Assembly: GCA_018262835.1 (NCBI GenBank)
Contig: JADFDP010000001.1
Location: 96,081-160,080, forward strand
Reading direction: 5' to 3'
DNA from: Candidatus Aminicenantes bacterium
Lineage (GTDB): Bacteria > Acidobacteriota > Aminicenantia > UBA2199
Length of the DNA stretch: 64,000 bases
In this document: in pieces, positions 63,007 to 64,000 of the stretch
Layout: every line of letters starts with the position of its first letter
Position numbering within the stretch: the first letter of the stretch is position 1
The notes under the pieces: model-generated
What the model was told of the DNA's origin: nothing
Database searches by the model: none
Seen by the model: the letters and a program-made list of their open reading frames with translations, nothing else
Translations under genes and position numbers: made by a program

Positions 63007-64000
63007 ATGATGCAGAGCGCAGAAAAAAAAGTGATCCTCATCGTCGACGACGATGCCGCGATCGTCGACCTGCTCAGCAAATTGTGCGTCAAGCAGGGCT
63101 ACGACTTCCTGGTGGCGCGCAACGGCCGTCAAGGACTGGCCGTGGCGCGGGAAAACGGGCCGGACCTGATCCTCATGGATGCCATGATGCCGGAGATGAC
63201 CGGGTTTGAAGCCACCGCCGCCTTGAAAAAAGATGTGCTCACGGCCCATATCCCGGTCATCATGGTCACCGCCCAGGATTCGCTGGAAGACCGCCTGACC
63301 GGCATCGCCAGGGGGGCCAACGATTTTCTGACCAAGCCCTTCAATTCACAGGAGCTGGCCCTGCGCATCAAAAACAACCTGAAGATCAAGGAATATGGGG
63401 ATTTCCTTAAAAAGCACAATGACATTTTGGAAGAGCAAGTCAAAGCGAGAACGGCGGAACTTAGCGCGGCCATGGAGAAACTGCACCAGGCGCATGAAAA
63501 AATCAAAACTTCCTATATAGAAACGATCTACCGCCTGACCCTGGCCGCGGAATACCGGGACGACGATACCGGGACCCATATCCAGCGGACCAGCCACTAT
63601 GCCCGATTGCTGGCCCAGGTACTCAAGCGGGCGGATGATTTCGTCGAGTCGGTTTTTTTCTCGTCGCCCATGCATGATATCGGGAAAGTTGGCATCCCGG
63701 ACAATGTTCTTTTAAAAAAAGGCCCTTTGAGCGCCGAAGAATGGGGGATCATCAAGGGCCATACGCAGATCGGCGCCAAAATCCTGAGCGGTTCGGAATC
63801 TTCCTTCCTGCGCCTGGGGGAAAGCATCGCCCTCAACCATCATGAGCGCTGGGACGGCGGCGGCTATCCCCGCGGGTTGAAGGGCGAAGCCATTCCCATC
63901 GAGGGAAGGATCATGAATATCGTCGACCAGTATGACGCCCTGCGCAGCCGCAGGCCATATAAGCCGGCGTTCGACCATGAAAAAACGGTCCAGATCATTA
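63007..64000 (+). CDS. Response regulator with REC and HD-GYP (cyclic-di-GMP phosphodiesterase-type) domains; 3' end outside the window
   Basis: It is not in the supplied ORF track because no stop falls inside the window. My translation from ATG 63007 gives [42 protein letters not shown] (REC). It then gives [23 protein letters not shown] (HD-GYP). An AGGGAG RBS precedes the ATG. Confidence 0.9.
   Translation, partial: MMQSAEKKVILIVDDDAAIVDLLSKLCVKQGYDFLVARNGRQGLAVARENGPDLILMDAMMPEMTGFEATAALKKDVLTAHIPVIMVTAQDSLEDRLTGIARGANDFLTKPFNSQELALRIKNNLKIKEYGDFLKKHNDILEEQVKARTAELSAAMEKLHQAHEKIKTSYIETIYRLTLAAEYRDDDTGTHIQRTSHYARLLAQVLKRADDFVESVFFSSPMHDIGKVGIPDNVLLKKGPLSAEEWGIIKGHTQIGAKILSGSESSFLRLGESIALNHHERWDGGGYPRGLKGEAIPIEGRIMNIVDQYDALRSRRPYKPAFDHEKTVQII

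Noticed and set aside
1-64000. Search for tRNA, rRNA, tmRNA, transposase/integrase, restriction-modification, toxin-antitoxin or known defence modules
   Set aside because: All intergenic gaps are 272 nt or shorter, and none shows a cloverleaf or T-loop (GTTCRAnnC) signature. No ORF shows DDE/tyrosine-recombinase, methylase, nuclease-toxin or reverse-transcriptase motifs that I can recognise by eye. A covariance-model and HMM scan would be needed to be definitive.

Overview
This 64-kb window is a chromosomal fragment from a diderm (outer-membrane-bearing) bacterium. LptE, Pal, TolB and several predicted outer-membrane (OM) barrels support that; I cannot assign a taxon from sequence alone. I call about 46 protein-coding genes. 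Two of them run off the window ends, and one of those (63007..64000) is absent from the supplied ORF track. I found no rRNA, tRNA, CRISPR array, transposase, integrase or phage module.

Layout:
- 1-23.3 kb is housekeeping: M16 peptidase, beta-CASP RNase, FtsK, holA-lptE-leuS, polyprenyl synthase, PyrE, LOG, a GDP-mannose dehydratase block and EtfAB.
- 23.4-46.9 kb is a tightly packed minus-strand envelope block. In transcription order it encodes an orphan MglA-family Ras-like GTPase with an acidic tail, a secreted protein, an orphan family-5 solute-binding protein (SBP), a small and a large OM barrel, an 830-aa DUF4114/DUF11 protein, and a 4,775-aa Cys-rich adhesin-like giant carrying 17 tandem CARDB-like modules.
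- 46.9-52.0 kb lies directly upstream on the same strand and holds ssb plus a canonical tolQ-tolR-tolA-tolB-pal-cpoB set.
- 52-64 kb encodes an acyl-CoA carboxylase-type trio, a sulfatase-like lipoprotein coupled to a HasA-like processive GT2, a BNR/sortilin-like protein and a REC-HD-GYP regulator. In the trio, the biotin-carboxylase homologue appears to have lost three catalytic residues.

The most unusual item is the GTPase-to-giant-adhesin block. I cannot match it to a described secretion or motility system, and its functional reading is inference only. Long ORFs antisense to the GC-rich genes are treated as shadow ORFs. All domain calls come from reading motifs by eye, with no searches run.
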